Program-made: the position numbers and the translations under genes | Assembly (NCBI RefSeq): GCF_009914755.1 | Contig: NC_060940.1 | DNA from: the human T2T-CHM13v2.0 reference genome, Homo sapiens | Direction: 5' to 3' (one strand) | Length of the DNA stretch: 64,000 nt | The notes under the pieces: model-generated | Seen by the model: only the letters and a program-made list of their open reading frames with translations | Database searches by the model: none | What the model was told of the DNA's origin: nothing | Shown here: positions 12,901 to 28,900 of the stretch, piece by piece | Numbering within the stretch: the first letter of the stretch is position 1 | Layout: each line of letters opens with the position of its first letter

Positions 12901-15784
12901 TGATTATCCCCTTAGAGTAAACTCAACGATTCCATTCAATACCATTCGATGATGATTCCTTTTGAGTCCATTCAATGATTTCATTCAAGTCCATTTGATG
13001 ATTCCTTTCAATTCCATTCTATGATGATTCCATTCGAGTCCATTCGATGATTCCATTCGATTGCATTCGATGATTCCATTATATTCCAGTCAACGATGAT
13101 TCCATTCGAGTCCATTCGATGATTCCATTAGAGCACATTTAATGATTGCTTTGTTTTCAATTCGAAGATGATTACATTGGATTCCATTCTATGATACCAT
13201 TCGATTCCATTCAATGATGATTCCACTCAAATCCATTGGATGATTCCATTCGTGTCCATTCGGTGATTTCATTAGATTCCATTCGAGGATGATTCCATTC
13301 GATTCCATTCGATGATTCCATTCAATTCCATTCGATGATGATTCCATTCCAGTCCCTATGATCATTCCATTTGATTTCATTCGATGATGATTCCATTCGA
13401 TTCCATTCGATGATTCCATTCTATTCCATTCGATGATGATTCCATTCGAGTCCATTCGATGATTCCATTCGAGTCCATTTAATGATTCCATTGGGTTCAA
13501 TTCAATGATGATTACATTGGATTCCGTTCTATGATTCCATTCAATTCCGTTCATTGACAATTTGATTCCATTCGATGATGATTCCATTTGAGTTCATTCG
13601 ATGATTCTATTCGATTCTCTTCGATGGTGATTCAATTCTATTATATTGGATGATTCCATTCGATTCCATTTGATGTTGATTCAATTCGATTCTATTCGAT
13701 GATGATTCCATTGGATTTCACTTGATGATTCTATTCGATTCCATTCAATGATGATTCACTTCTCGTCCATTGGATGATTCCATTTCATTCCATTCGATGA
13801 TGATTCCATTCGATTCCATTCGATGATTCCATTTGATTCCATGCGTCGGTGAGCAATTCGATTCAATTCCATGATGATTCTATTTGATTCAATTAGATGA
13901 TGTTTCCATTCGAATCCATTCCATGATTATTCCATTGGAATCCATTCGGCGATGATTCCATATGAGTCAATTCAATGATGATTCCATATGGGTCCGTTCG
14001 ATGATAATTCCATTTGATTTCATTCGGTGCTTCTATTCAATTCCAGTCGATGATGATTCCGTTGGAGTCCATACGATGATTCCATTTGATTTCATTTGAT
14101 GATGATTCCATTCGATGATGATTACATTGGATTCCATTCTATGATTCCATTCAATTCCATTCGTTGATGATTCGATTCCATTAAATGATGATTCCATTTG
14201 AGTTCATTCGATGATTCTATTCGATTCCGTTCGATGGTGATTCAATTCTCTTATATTGGATGAATCCACTCGATTCCATTTGATGATTATTCCATTGGAG
14301 TCCACTTAGTGAATCCTTCAGATTCTACTCGAAGATGATTCCATTCAAGTCCATTCGATGATACCATTCAATTCCATTCGTTGATGCTTCCATTCAAGTG
14401 CATTCGATGATATCATTCGATTCCATTTGATGATAATTCCATTTGATTCCATGCGATGATTCTATTCGATTCCATTCAATGATAATTCCATTCAGTTCAG
14501 TGATTCCTCTGGACTCCATTTGATGATGATTCCATTCAATGATTCCATTCGATTCTATTCGAAAATGATTCCATTTGAATCCATTTGATGATGATTCCAT
14601 TAGATTCCATTTGATGATTCCATTCGATTCCATGCGACGATGATTCCATTCGATTCCATGTGATGATTCCATTCTATTCTATTCGATGATGATTCCATTC
14701 GATTCCATTCGATGATGATTGGATTCGATTCCATTTGATGTTTTCCTTTGATTCCATTCGTTAATGATTTCGATCAACTCCATTCGATGATTCCATTCGA
14801 TTCCATTCGATAATGATTACATCCGTGTCCATTCAGTGATTCCATTTGAGCCCGTTCAATAATTCCATTTGAGTCCAACCAATGATTCCATTCATTTCCA
14901 TTCAATGATTCCATTCGAGTCCATTTGATCATTCCGGTAGGGTCCATTCGATGTTGATTCCATTGGAGTGCATTCGATGATTCCATTCGAGTCCATTTTA
15001 TGATTTGATTCGAGTCCTTTCGATGATTCCATTCGATTCCACTCGATGATGATTTCATTCGAGTCCATTCGACACTTCCAATCGATTCCATTTGATGTTT
15101 CCATTCGAGTCCAATTGATGATTCCATTCAATTCCATTCGATGATGATTCCGTACGATTCCATTCTGTGATGATTCCATGTGATTGCATTCAATGATGAT
15201 TCCTTTAGATTGCATTCGATTGTGATTCATTTCGTCTTCATTCTATGGTTCCACAGGTTTCCATTCGTGTCCATTCCATTATTCCATTCTATTCCATTTG
15301 ATGATGATTCCATTCGATTCCATTCATTGGTGATTCCACTCAATTCCATTCAATGATTCCATTCCATTTCTTTCAACAATGATTCCATTAGTTTCTAATC
15401 GATGATCCACTTGATTCCATTTGACGACGATTCCATTCTTGTCCATTCGATGATTCCATTTGATTCCATATGATGATGATTCCATTCGATTCCATACGAT
15501 GATGATTCCATTCGAGTCCATTCAATGGTGATTCCATTCAATTCCATTCGATGATTCCTTTCGATTCCATTCGATGATGATGGCATTCGATTCCTTTCAA
15601 TCATTCCCTTTGATTCCATTCAAAGGTGATTTCATTCAAGTCCATTCGATAATTGCATTCGATTCCATTCTATGATGATTCCATTCGAGTCCATTTGATG
15701 ATTCCATTCAATTCAAGTCAATGATGATTCCATTCGATTCCATTCGATGATTCCATTGGATTCCATTCGATGATGATTCCATTC
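9945..15784 (+). repeat. Higher-order unit B2 (5840 bp), near-identical tandem copy of B1
   Basis: Anchors at 9945 and 15785. Translated ORFs are essentially identical to those of B1. Confidence 0.93.
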
Positions 15785-18700
15785 AAATCCATTCGATAAT
15801 TCAATTCAAGTCCATTCGATGATGATTAAAATCGAATCCATTCAAAGATTCCATTCAGTTCCATTCGATGATTCCCTTAGATTCTATTCGATGATTCCAC
15901 TTGATTCCATTTACGATGATTCCATTCGATTCCATGTGATGATTCCATTCAATTCTATTCAATGCTGTTTCCATTTGATTCCATTCGACCATGATTGCCT
16001 TTGATTCCATTCAATGACTCCATTCGGTTCCCTTTGATGATGATTCCGTTCGATTCCATTTCATTATTCCATTTGATTCCATTGGATGAGTCCATTCGAT
16101 TACATTCGATGATTATTCCATTCGAGTGCATTAGATGATTCCATTCGAGTCCATTCGATGATTCCATTCGATGTTGATTCTGTTCAAATCCATTCGATGA
16201 TTCCACTCGATTCCATTCGATGACTCCAGTTGATCCCATTCGATGATTTCCTTTGATTCCCTTTGATGATCATTCCATTTGATTCAATTCGGTGATTTCA
16301 TTTGATTCCATTCAGTGATGTTTCCATTCGACTCCATTCGATGATGATTCCATTCGACTCCATTCGATTATGATTTCATTCAATTCCATTCGATAATGAT
16401 TCCCTTCGAGTCCATTCGATGATTCCATTCGATTCCATTCAACGATGATTTGATTCGTGTCCATTCGATGATTCCATTTGATTCCACTTGATGATGATTC
16501 CATTCGAGTCCATTTGATGATTCCATTCAATTCCATTCTCCGATGATTTCTTTTGAGCCCATTCAATGCTTCCACTCGATTCCATATGATGATGACTCCA
16601 TTCGATGAAATTCGATGATGATTCCATTCGCTTGCATTCGATGATGATTCCACTTGAGTCCATTAGAAGATTCTATTCAATTACATTCCATGACGATTCC
16701 GTTCGAGTCCATTTGATGATTCCATTAGACTCCATTCGACGATGATTCCATTCGATGTTATTCGATGATTCCATTCGATCTCATTCGATGATGAATCCAT
16801 TCAACTCCATTCGATGTTTCCATTCGAGTTCATTCTATTATTCCATTAGATTCCATTCGATGATGATTCCATTCGATTCCATTTGATGATTGCATTCTAT
16901 TTCATTTGATGATGATTCCATTCGAGTCCACTCGATGATTCCATTCGAGTCCATTTAATGAATCCATTGGTTTCAATTCTATGATGATTACATTGGATTC
17001 CATTCGTTGATGATTTCATTCGGTTCCATTCAATGATGATTCCATTCAATTCCTTTCAATGTTTCCATTCAATTCCATACGATGATGATTCCATTTGATT
17101 TGATTCGACAGTGAGCCATTCGATTCAATTCCATGATGATTCTATTTGATTCAATTGGTTGACATTTCCATTCGATTCCATTCGATGATGATTCCCTTTG
17201 ATTCCGTTCAAAGATGATTCCATTCTAGCCCATTCAATCATTCCATTCGATTCTATTCAATGATGATTCCATTCATGTCGATTGGGTGATTCCATTTGAC
17301 TTGATTTGATGATGATTCCTTTCAAGTTCATTAGATGATTCCATTCGATTCCATTTGATGATGATCCCATTCGAGTCCATTCAGTGATTCCACTCGTTTC
17401 CATTCCATGATGATTCCATTCCATTCCATTCAATGATTCCATTCGATTCCGTTTGATGATGATTTCATTCGAGTCCATTTGATGATTCCATTTGATTCCA
17501 TTCGATGATGATTCCATTCGAGTCCATTCGATGATTCTATTCGAATCCATTTGATGATTTCTTTTGATTATAGTTGGTGATGATTCCATTGTAGTCCATT
17601 CAATGATTCCATTTGATTCCAATCGATGGTGATTCCATTAGAGTCCATTTAATGATTCCATTTGATTCCAGTCTCTGATGATTACATTCGAGTCCATACG
17701 ATGATTCCACTGAATTCCATATGATGATGATTCCATTCGATTCCATTCGATGATTCCATTCTATTCTATTCAATGGTGATTCCATTCGAGTACATTAGAT
17801 GATTCCATTCGATTCCATTCAATGATGATTCTATTTGTGTCCCTTAGATGATTCCACATGATTCCATTAGATGATGATACTATTTGAGCCCATCCAATGA
17901 TTCCCTTCGATTCCATTCGATGAGGATTCCATTCGATTCAATTCATTGGTGATTCTATTCAATTCAATTCTTTGATTCCATTCCATTCCTTTCGACAATG
18001 ATTCCATTCGATTTCTTTCGATGATTCCACTCGATTCCACTTGACATTGATTCCATTCGATTCCATTCAATGATTCCATTTGATTCCAGTGGATGATGAT
18101 TGCCATCGATTCCATTCGATCACTCCATTCTATTCCATTTGATGATGATTACATTCGATTCCATTTGACGACTCCATCTGATTCTATTCGAGGATTCCAT
18201 TTGATTCCATTCGATGATGATTCCATTCGAGTCCATTCGATGATTTCATTCGAGTACATCCAATGATTCCATTCGAGTCCATTTGATGATTCCATTTGAT
18301 TCCATTTGATAATGATTCTACTAGAGTCCATTCAATGACTCCATTCGTGTCCATTCAACAATTCCATTCGACTCCATTTGATGATTCCATTCGATTCCAT
18401 TTGATGGTTCCATTCGAGTCCATTTAATCATTACAGTCGAGTCCATTTGGTGATTCCACCGGATTTCTTTTGATAATGATACCATACAATTAAATTTGAT
18501 GATGATCCCATTCAATTTCATTTGATGATGATTCCATTAGAGTCCATTCGATGATTTCATTCGAGTCCCTTCACTGATTCCATCCGATTTCATTGGATGA
18601 TGACTCCATTCGAGTCCATTCGATGATTCCACTCGATTCCATTAGATGATTCCATTGGAGTCCATTTGATTGTTCCATTCGATTCCATTCGATTCCTTTC

Positions 18701-21700
18701 GAAGATTATTCCATTTGAGTCCATTCGATGATGATTCCATTCCATTCCATTCGATGATTCCGTTTGATTCCATTCAATGATTCCCTTCGATTCCTCTCTT
18801 TGATGATTCCATTCCATTCCATTCAATGATTCCATTCGAATCTATTCCCTGATGATTCCTTTCGATTCCATTCGCTGATGTTTCCGTTCAATTCCATTCG
18901 ATGATGATTCCATTCGATTCCATTCATTGAGGATTCCATTTGATTCCATTAAATGATGATTCCGTTCTATTCCATTCAATGATTGCATTCAATTCCATTC
19001 AATGATTATCCCCTTAGAGTAAACTCAACGATTCCATTCAATACCATTCGATGATGATTCCTTTTGAGTCCATTCAATGATTTCATTCAAGTCCATTTGA
19101 TGATTCCTTTCAATTCCATTCTATGATGATTCCATTCGAGTCCATTCGATTATTCCATTTGATTGCATTCGATTATTCCATTACATTCCAGTCAACGATG
19201 ATTCCATTCGAGTCCATTCGATGATTCCATTAGAGTACATTTAATGATTGATTTGTTTTCAATTCGAAGATGATTACATTGGATTCCATTCTATGATACC
19301 ATTCGATTCCATTCAATGATGATTCCACTCAAATCCATTGGATGATTCCATTCGTGTCCATTCGGTGATTTCATTAGATTCCATTCGAGGATGATTCCAT
19401 TCGATTCCATTCGATGATTCCATTCAATTCCATTCGATGATGATTCCATTCCAGTCCATATGATCATTCCATTTGATTTCATTCGATGATGATTCCATTC
19501 GATTCCATTCGATGATTCCATTCTATTCCATTCGATGATGATTCCATTCGAGTCCATTCGATGATTGCATTCGAGTCCATTTAATGATTCCATTGGGTTC
19601 AATTCAATGATGATTACATTGGATTCCGTTCTATGATTCCATTCAATTCCGTTCATTGACAATTTGATTCCATTCGATGATGATTCCATTTGAGTTCATT
19701 CGATGATTCTATTCGATTCTCTTCGATGGTGATTCAATTCTATTATATTGGATGATTCCATTCGATTCCATTTGATGTTGATTCAATTCGATTCTATTCG
19801 ATGATGATTCCATTGGATTTCACTTGATGATTCTATTCGATTCCATTCAATGATGATTCACTTCTCGTCCATTGGATGATTCCATTTCATTCCATTCGAT
19901 GATGATTCCATTCGATTCCATTCGATGATTCCATTTGATTCCATGCGACGGTGAGCAATTCGATTCAATTCCATGATGATTCTATTTGATTCAATTAGAT
20001 GATGTTTCCATTGGAATCCATTCCATGATTATTCCATTGGAATCCATTCGGCGATGATTAAATATGAGTCAATTCAATGATGATTCCATATGGGTCCGTT
20101 CGATGATAATTCCATTTGATTTCATTCGATGCTTCTATTCAATTCCAGTTGATGATGATTCCGTTGGAGTCCATACGATGATTCCATTTGATTTCATTTG
20201 ATGATGATTCCATTCGATGATGATTACATTGGATTCCATTCTATGATTCCATTCAATTCCATTCGTTGATGATTCGATTCCATTCAATGATGATTCCATT
20301 TGAGTTCATTCGATGATTCTATTCGATTCCGTTCGATGGTGATTCAATTCTCTTATATTGGATGATTCCACTCGATTCCATTTGATGATTATTCCATTGG
20401 AGTCCACTTAGTGAATCCTTTAGATTCTACTCGAAGATGATTCCATTCGAGTCCATTCAATGATACCATTCAATTTCATTCGTTGATGCTTCCATTCAAG
20501 TGCATTCGATGATATCATTCGATTCCATTTGGTGATAATTCCATTTGATTCCATGCGATGATTCTATTCGATTCCTTTCAATGATAATTCCATTCAATTC
20601 AGTGATTCCTCTGGACTCCATTTGATGATGATTCCATTCAATGATTCCATTCGATTCTATTCCAAAATGATTCCATTTGAATCCATTTGATGATGATTCC
20701 ATTAGATTCCATTTGATGATTCCATTCGATTGCATTTGACGATGATTCCATTCGATTCCATTTGATGATTCCATTCTATTCTATTCGATGATGATTCCAT
20801 TCGATTCCATTTGATGATGATTGGATTCGATTCCATTTGATGATTTCATTTGATTCCATTCGTTAATGATTTCGATCAACTCCATTCGATGATTCCATTT
20901 GATTCCACTCGATAATGATTACATCCGAGTCCTTTCGATGATTCCATTTGAGCCCGTTCGATAATTCCATTTGAGTCCAATCAATGATTCCATTCATTTC
21001 CATTCAATGATTCCATTCGAGTCCATTTGATCATTCTGGTAGGGTCCGTTCGATGTTGATTCCATTGGAGTGCATTCGATGATTCCATTCGAGTCCATTT
21101 TATGATTTGATTTGAGTCCTTTCGATGATTCCATTCGATTCCACTCGATGATGATTTCATTCGAGTCCATTCGACACTTCCAATCGATTCCATTTGATGT
21201 TTCCATTCGAGTCCAATGTATGATTCCATTCAATTCCATTCGATGATGATTCCGTACGATTCCATTCTGTGATGATTCCATGTGATTGCATTCAATGATG
21301 ATTCCTTTCGATTGCATTCGATTATGATTCATTTCGTGTTCATTCTATGGTTCCACAGGTTTCCATTCGATGACGTTTCCGTTCGTGTCCATTCCATTAT
21401 TCCATTCTATTTCATTTGATGATGATTCCATTCGATTCCATTCATTGGTGATTCCACTCAATTCCATTCAATGATTCCATTCCATTTCTTTCAACAATGA
21501 TTCCATTAGTTTCTATTCGATGATCCACTTGATTCCATTTGGCGATGATTCCATTCGTGTCCATTCGATGATTCCATTTGATTCCATATGATGATGATCC
21601 CATTCGATTCCATACCATGATGATTCCATTCGAGTCCATTCAATGGTGATTCCATTCAATTCCATTCGATGATTCCTTCCGATTCCATTCGATGATGATG

Positions 21701-21902
21701 GCATTCGATTCCTTTCAATCATTCCCTTTGATTCCATTCAAAGGTGATTTCATTCAAGTCCATTCGATAATTTCATTTGATTCCATTCTATGATGATTCC
21801 ATTCGAGTCCATTTGATGATTCCATTCAATTCAAGTCAATGATGATTCCATTCGATTCCACTCGATGATTCCATTGGATTCCATTCGATGATGATTCCAT
21901 TC
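15785..21902 (+). repeat. Higher-order unit C1 (6118 bp)
   Basis: Anchors at 15785 and 21903. C-type head GATTAAAATCGAATCC. Length = 5840 -3 +72 -10 +23 +170 +10 +16. Confidence 0.9.
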
Positions 21903-24900
21903 AAATCCATTCGATAATTCAATTAAAGTCCATTCGATGATGATTCTAATCGAATCCATTCAAAGATTCCATTCAATTCCATTCGATGATGATTCCCTTA
22001 GATTCCATTCGATGATTCCACTTGATTCCATTTACGATGATTCCATTCGATTCCATGTGATGAATCCATTCAATTCTATTCAATGATGTTTCCATTTGAT
22101 TCCATTGGACCATGATTGCCTTTGATTCCATTCAATGATTCCATTCGGTTCCATTTGATGATGATTCCTTTCGATTCCATTTCATTATTCCATTTGATTC
22201 CATTGGATGAGTCCATTCGATTACATTCGATGATTATTCCATTCGAGTGCATTAGATGATTGCATTCGAGTCCATTCGATGATTCCATTCGATTCCATTC
22301 GATGTTGATTCTGTTCAAATCCATTCGATGATTCCACTCGATTCCATTAGATGACTCCATTTGATCACATTCGATGATTTCCTGTGATTCCCTTTGATGA
22401 TCATTCTATTTGATTCAATTCGGTGATTTCATTTCATTGCATTCAGTGATGTTTCCATTCGACTGTATTCGATGATGATTCCATTCGACTCCATTCGATT
22501 ATGATTTCATTCAATTCCATTCAATAATGATTCCCTTCGAGTCCATTCGATGATTCCATTCGATTCCATTCAACGATGATTTGATTCGTTTCCATTCGAT
22601 GATTCCATTTGATTCCACTTGATGATGATTCCATTCGAGTCTATTTATATATTATATTCGTGTCCACTTCATGATTCCATTCAATTCCATTTAATGTTGA
22701 TTCCATTTGATTCCATTTGATGATTCAGTTCGATTCCTTGCAATGATTCCCTACGATTCCTTTCTATGATGATTCCATTCGATTCCATTCATTTATGATT
22801 TCATTCGACTCCATTCGATGATGATTCCTTTCGATTCCATTTGACGATGTTTCCATTCGAGTCCATTCGATCATGATTCTATTCAATTCTGTTCTATTAT
22901 GATTCCATTCGATTTCATTCAATGCTTCTATTTGATTCCATTCGATGATGATTCCATCTCTTTCCCTTCGATGATTCCATTTGATTCCATTCAGTGATGA
23001 TTCCATTTGATTCCATCTGATGATGATTTCACTTGATTCCTTTCAATGATGATTCAATTCAAGTCCATTCGATGATTCCATTGGAGTCCAAACGATCATT
23101 CCGTTCGATTCCATTCAATGGTGATTCCATTCATGTCCATTCGATGAATCCATTCAATTCCATTCGATGATGACTCCATTCGAGTACATTCGATGATTCC
23201 ATTTGATTCCATTTGAAGATGATTCCATTCAATTCCATTCGAAGATGATTCCATTCAATTCCATTCGATGATGATTCCGTATGAATCCATTCTCTGATTA
23301 TTCCATTCGATTCCATTCATTGACGATTCCATTCAATTCCATTCAATGATGATTCTCTTCTATTCCATTCGATGATTCCGGTCGATTCCATTCGATGATG
23401 ATTCCATTAGATTCCATTCGATTGTTGCATTCGATTCCCTTCGATGATGATTCCTTTGAATTCCATTCGATTATCATTCCGTATGAATCCATTTGATGAT
23501 TATTCCATTGGATTCCTTTCGATGATGATTCCATTCGATTCCATTTGATGATGTTTCTCTTGTATTTCATTGGATAATTCCTTTCAGTTCCCTTCGATGA
23601 TTATTCTTTCGAGTCAATTCGATGATTCTATTCCATTCCCTTCGATGATGATTCCATTTCACTCCATTTGATGATTCCATTCGACTCAATTTGGTGATGA
23701 TTCAATTCGATGACATTCGATGACTCCATTCAATTTCATTTGATGATGATTGCATTCGAGTCCATTTGATGATTGTATTCCTTTCCTTTTGATGATTATT
23801 CCATTCGTGTCTATTCAAAGATTCCATTCTATTCCATTCAATGATGATTGCATTTGAATCCATTCAATGATTATGGCTATCGATTCCACTCGTTGATTCC
23901 ATTTGATTCCGTTCGAGGATTATTCCGTTAGATTCCATTAGAAGATTCCATTCGATTTTATTCAATGATTCCAATGGATTCCATTCAATGATGATTCCAT
24001 TCGACTCCATTCAGTGATTCCATTCGAGTCCATTTGATGATTCCATTTTTTTCCATTTGATGATGATTCCATTAGGGTCCATTCAATGATTCCATTCGAG
24101 TCCATTCGTTAACGCCTTTCGAGTCCTTTTGATCACTACATTCGAGTCCATTCAATGATTCTATTCGATTCCATTTGATGATGATTCCATTCGAGTTCAT
24201 TCGATGATTGCATTCGAGTCCATTTGATGATTCCAAATGATTCCATTCGACAATGATTCCATTCGTGTCCATTTGATGATTCCATTCATTTCCTATCGAT
24301 GAAGATTCCATTCAAGTGTATTCGATGATTCCATTCAAATCCATTCGATGATGATTCCATTCCAGTCCATTCGATCATTCCACTTGATTCCATTTGATGA
24401 CTATTCCATTCAAATCCATTTGATGATTCCATTCGATTCCATTCGATGTTACCATTCGAGTATATACGATGATTCCACTCGATTCCATTTGATGATTATT
24501 CCATTGGAGTCCACTTAGTGAATCCTTTAGATTCTACTGGAAGATGATTCCCTTCGAGTCCATTCGATGATACCATTCAATTCCATTCGTTGATGCTTCC
24601 ATTCAAGTGCATTCGATGATATCATTCGATTCCATTTGATGATAATTCCATTTGATTCCATGCGATGATTCTATTCGATTCCATTCAATGATAATTCCAT
24701 TCAATTCAGTGATTCCTCTGGACTCCATTTGATGATGATTCCATTCAATGATTCCATTCGATTCTATTCGAAAATGATTCCATTTGAATCCATTTGATGA
24801 TGATTCCATTGGATTCCATTTGATGATTCCATTCGATTCCATTCGATGATGATTCCATTCGATTCCATTTGATGATTCCATTCTATTGCATTCGATGATG

Positions 24901-25993
24901 ATTCCATTCGATTCCATTCGATGATGATTGGATTCGATTCCATTTGATTCCATTCGATAATGATTTCGATCAATTCCATTCGATGATTCCATTCGATTCC
25001 ATTCGATAATGATTACATCCGAGTCCATTCGATGATTCCATTTGAGCCCGTTCGATAATTCCATTTGAGTCCAATCAATGATTCCATTCATTTCCATTCA
25101 ATGATTCCATTCGAGTCCATTTGATCATTCCGGTAGGGTCCGTTCGATGTTGATTCCATTGGTGTGCATTCGATGATTCCATTCGAGTCCATTTTAGGAT
25201 TTGATTCGAGTCCTTTCGATGATTCCATTCGATTCCACTCGATGATTTCATTCGAGTCCATTCGACACTTCCAATCGATTCCATTTGATGTTTCCATTCG
25301 ATTCCAATTGATGATTCCATTCAATTCCATTCGATGATGATTCCGTACGATTCCATTCTGTGATGATTCCATGTGATTGCATTCAATGATGATTCCTTTC
25401 GATTGCATTCGATTATGATTCATTTCGTGTTCATTCTATGGTTCCACAGGTTTCCATTCGATGATGTTTCCATTCGTGTCCATTCCATTATTCCATTCTA
25501 TTCCATTTGAAGATGATTCCATTCGATTCCATTCATTGGTGATTCCACTCAATTCCATTCAATGATTCCATTCCATTTCTTTCAACAATGATTCCATTAG
25601 TTTCTATTCGATGATCCACTTGATTCCATTTGACGATGATTCCATTCGTGTCCATTCGATGATTCCATTTGATTCCATATGATGATGATTCCATTCGATT
25701 CCATACGATGATGATTCCATTCGAGTCCATTCAATGGTGATTCCATTCAATTCCATTCGATGATTCCTTTTGATTCCATTCAATGATGATGGCATTCGAT
25801 TCCTTTCGATCATTCCCTTTGATTCCATTCAAAGGTGATTTCATTCAAGTCCATTCGATAATTGCATTCGATTCCATTCTATGATGATTCCATTCGAGTC
25901 CATTTGATGATTCCATTCAATTCAAGTCAATGATGATTCCATTCGATTCCACTCGATGATTCCATTGGATTCCATTCGATGATGATTCCATTC
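21903..25993 (+). repeat. Higher-order unit A2 (4091 bp; Y at 22642-24467)
   Basis: ORFs offset 21902 from A1 (174/22076, 1229/23131). A 13-bp deletion near 24945 explains 4104-13. Confidence 0.92.
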
Positions 25994-28900
25994 AAATCCA
26001 TTCGATAATTCAATTCAAGTCCATTCGATGATGATTCCAATCGAATCCATTCAAAGATTCCACTCAATTCCATTCGATGATGATTCCCTTAGATTCCATT
26101 CGATGATTCCACTTGATTCCATTTACGATGATTCCATTCGATTCCATGTGATGATTCCATTCAATTCTATTCAATGATGTTTCCACTTGATTCCATTCGA
26201 ACATGATTGCCTTTGATTCCATTCAATGATTCCATACGGTTCCATTTGATGATGATTCCATTCGAGTGCATTAGATGATTCCATTCGAGTCCATTCGATG
26301 ATTCCATTCGATTCCATTCGATGTTGATTCTGTTCAAATCCATTCGATGATTCCACTCGATTCCATTCGATGACTCCATTTGATCCCATTCGATGATTTC
26401 CTTTGATTCCCTTTGATGATCATTCCATTTGATTCAATTCTGTGATTTCATTTGATTCCATTCAGTGATGTTTCCATTCAACTCCTTTCGATGATGATTC
26501 CATTCGACTCCATTCGATTATGATTTCATTCAATTCCATTCGATAATGATTCCCTTCAAGTCCATTCGATGATTCCATTCGATTCCATTCAACGATGATT
26601 TGATTAGTGTCCATTCGATGATTCCATTTGATTCCATTTGATGATGATTCCATTCGACTCCATTTGATGATTCCATTCAATTCCATTCTCCGATGATTTC
26701 TTTTGAGCCCATTCAATGCTTCCAATCGATTCCATATGATGATGACTCCATTTGATGAAATTCCATGATGATTCCATTCGCTTGCATTCGATGATGATTC
26801 CACTTGAGTCCGTTAGAAGATTCTATTCAATTACATTCCATGACGATTCTGTTCGAGTCCATTTGATGATTCCATTAGACTCCATTTGACGATGATTCCA
26901 TTCGATGTTATTCGATGATGCTTCCATTCAACTCCATTCGATGTTTCCATTCGAGTTCATTCTATTATTCCATTAGATTCCATTCGATGATGATTCCATT
27001 CGATTCCATTTGATGATTGCATTCTGTTTCATTTGATGATGATTCCATTCGAGTCCATTCGATGATTCCATTCGAGTCCATTTAATGAATCCATTGGTTT
27101 CAATTCTATGATGATTACATTGGATTCCATTCGTTGATGATTTCATTCGATTCCATTCAATGATGATTCCATTCAATTCCATTCAATGATTCCATTCAAT
27201 TCCATACGATGATGATTCCATTTGATTTGATTCGACAGTGAGCCATTCGATTCAATTCCATGATGATTCTATTTGATTCAATTGGTTGACATTTCCATTC
27301 GATTCCATTCGATGATGATTCCATTTGATTCCATTCAAAGATGATTCCATTCTAGCCCATTCAATCATTCCATTCGATTCTATTCAATGATGATTCCATT
27401 CATGTCGATTTGGTGATTCCATTTGACTTCATTTGATGATGATTCCTTTCAAGTTCATTAGATGATTCCATTCGATTCCATTTGATGATGATCCCATTCC
27501 AGTCCATTCAGTGATTCCACTCGTTTCCATTCCATGATGATTCCATTCCATTCCATTCAATGACTCCATTCGATTCCGTTTGATGATGATTTCATTCGAG
27601 TCCATTTGATGATTCCATTTGATTCCATTCGATGATGATTACATTCGAGTCCATACGATGATTCCACTCAATTCCATATGATGATGATTCCATTCGATTC
27701 CATTCGATGATTCCATTCTATTCTATTCAATGGTGATTCCATTCGAGTACATTAGATGATTCCATTCGATTCCATTCAATGATGATTCTATTTGTGTCCC
27801 TTAGATGGTTCCACATGATTCCATTTCATGATGATACTATTTGAGCCCATCCAATGATTCCCTTCGTATCCATTCGATGAGGATTCCATTCGATTCAATT
27901 CATTGGTGATTCTATTCAATTCAATTCTTTGATTCCATTCCATTCCATTCGACAATGATTCCATTCGATTTCTTTCGATGATTCCACTCGATTCCACTTG
28001 ACATTGATTCCATTCGATTCCATTCAATGATTCCGTTTGATTCCAGTGGATGATGATTGCCATCGATTCCATTCGATCACTCCATTCTATTCCATTTGAT
28101 GATGATTACATTCGATTCCATTTGATGATTCCATCTGATTCTATTCGAGGATTCCATTTGATTCCATTCGATGATGATTCCATTCGAGTGCATTCGATGA
28201 TTTCATTCGAGTACATCCAATGATTCCATTCGAGTCCATTTGATGATTCCATTTAATTCCATTTGATTATGATTCTACTAGAGTCCATTCAATGACTCCA
28301 TTCGAATCCATTCAACAATTCCATTCGAGGCCATTCGATGATTCCATTTCATGATTCCATTCGAGTCCATTTAATCATTACAGTCGAGTCCATTTGGTGA
28401 TTCCACTGGATTTCTTTTGATAATGATACCATTCAATTACATTTGATGATGATCCCATTCAATTTCATTTGATGGTGATTCCATTAGAGTCCATTCGATG
28501 ATTTCATTCGAGTCCCTTCATTGATTCCATCCGATTTCATTTGATGATGACTCCATTCGAGTCCATTCGATGATTCCACTCGATTCCATCAGATGGTTCC
28601 ATTGGAGTCCATTTGATTGTTCCATTCGATTCTATTCGATTCCTTTCGAAGATTATTCCATTTGAGTCCATTCGATGATGATTCCATTCCATTCCATTCG
28701 ATGATTCCGTTTGATTCCATTCGATGATTCCCTTCGATTCCTTTCTTTGATGATTCCATTCCATTCCATTCAATGATTCCATTCGAATCTATTCCATGAT
28801 GATTCCTTTCGATTCCATTCGCTGATGTTTCCGTTCAATTCCATTCGATGATGATTCCATTCGATTCCATTCATTGAGGATTCCATTTGATTCCATTCAA

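Noticed and set aside
15819-16004. Plus-strand 61-aa ORF (MMIKIESIQRF...) recurring in all five C units
   Set aside because: It is conserved only because the units are recent duplicates. It is a chance open frame created by the C-head 3-bp deletion that removes a stop codon, with no evidence of coding constraint.
24603-25097. Longest ORF (164 aa)
   Set aside because: It arises from the private 13-bp deletion in A2 fusing two repeat frames and is absent from paralogous units.
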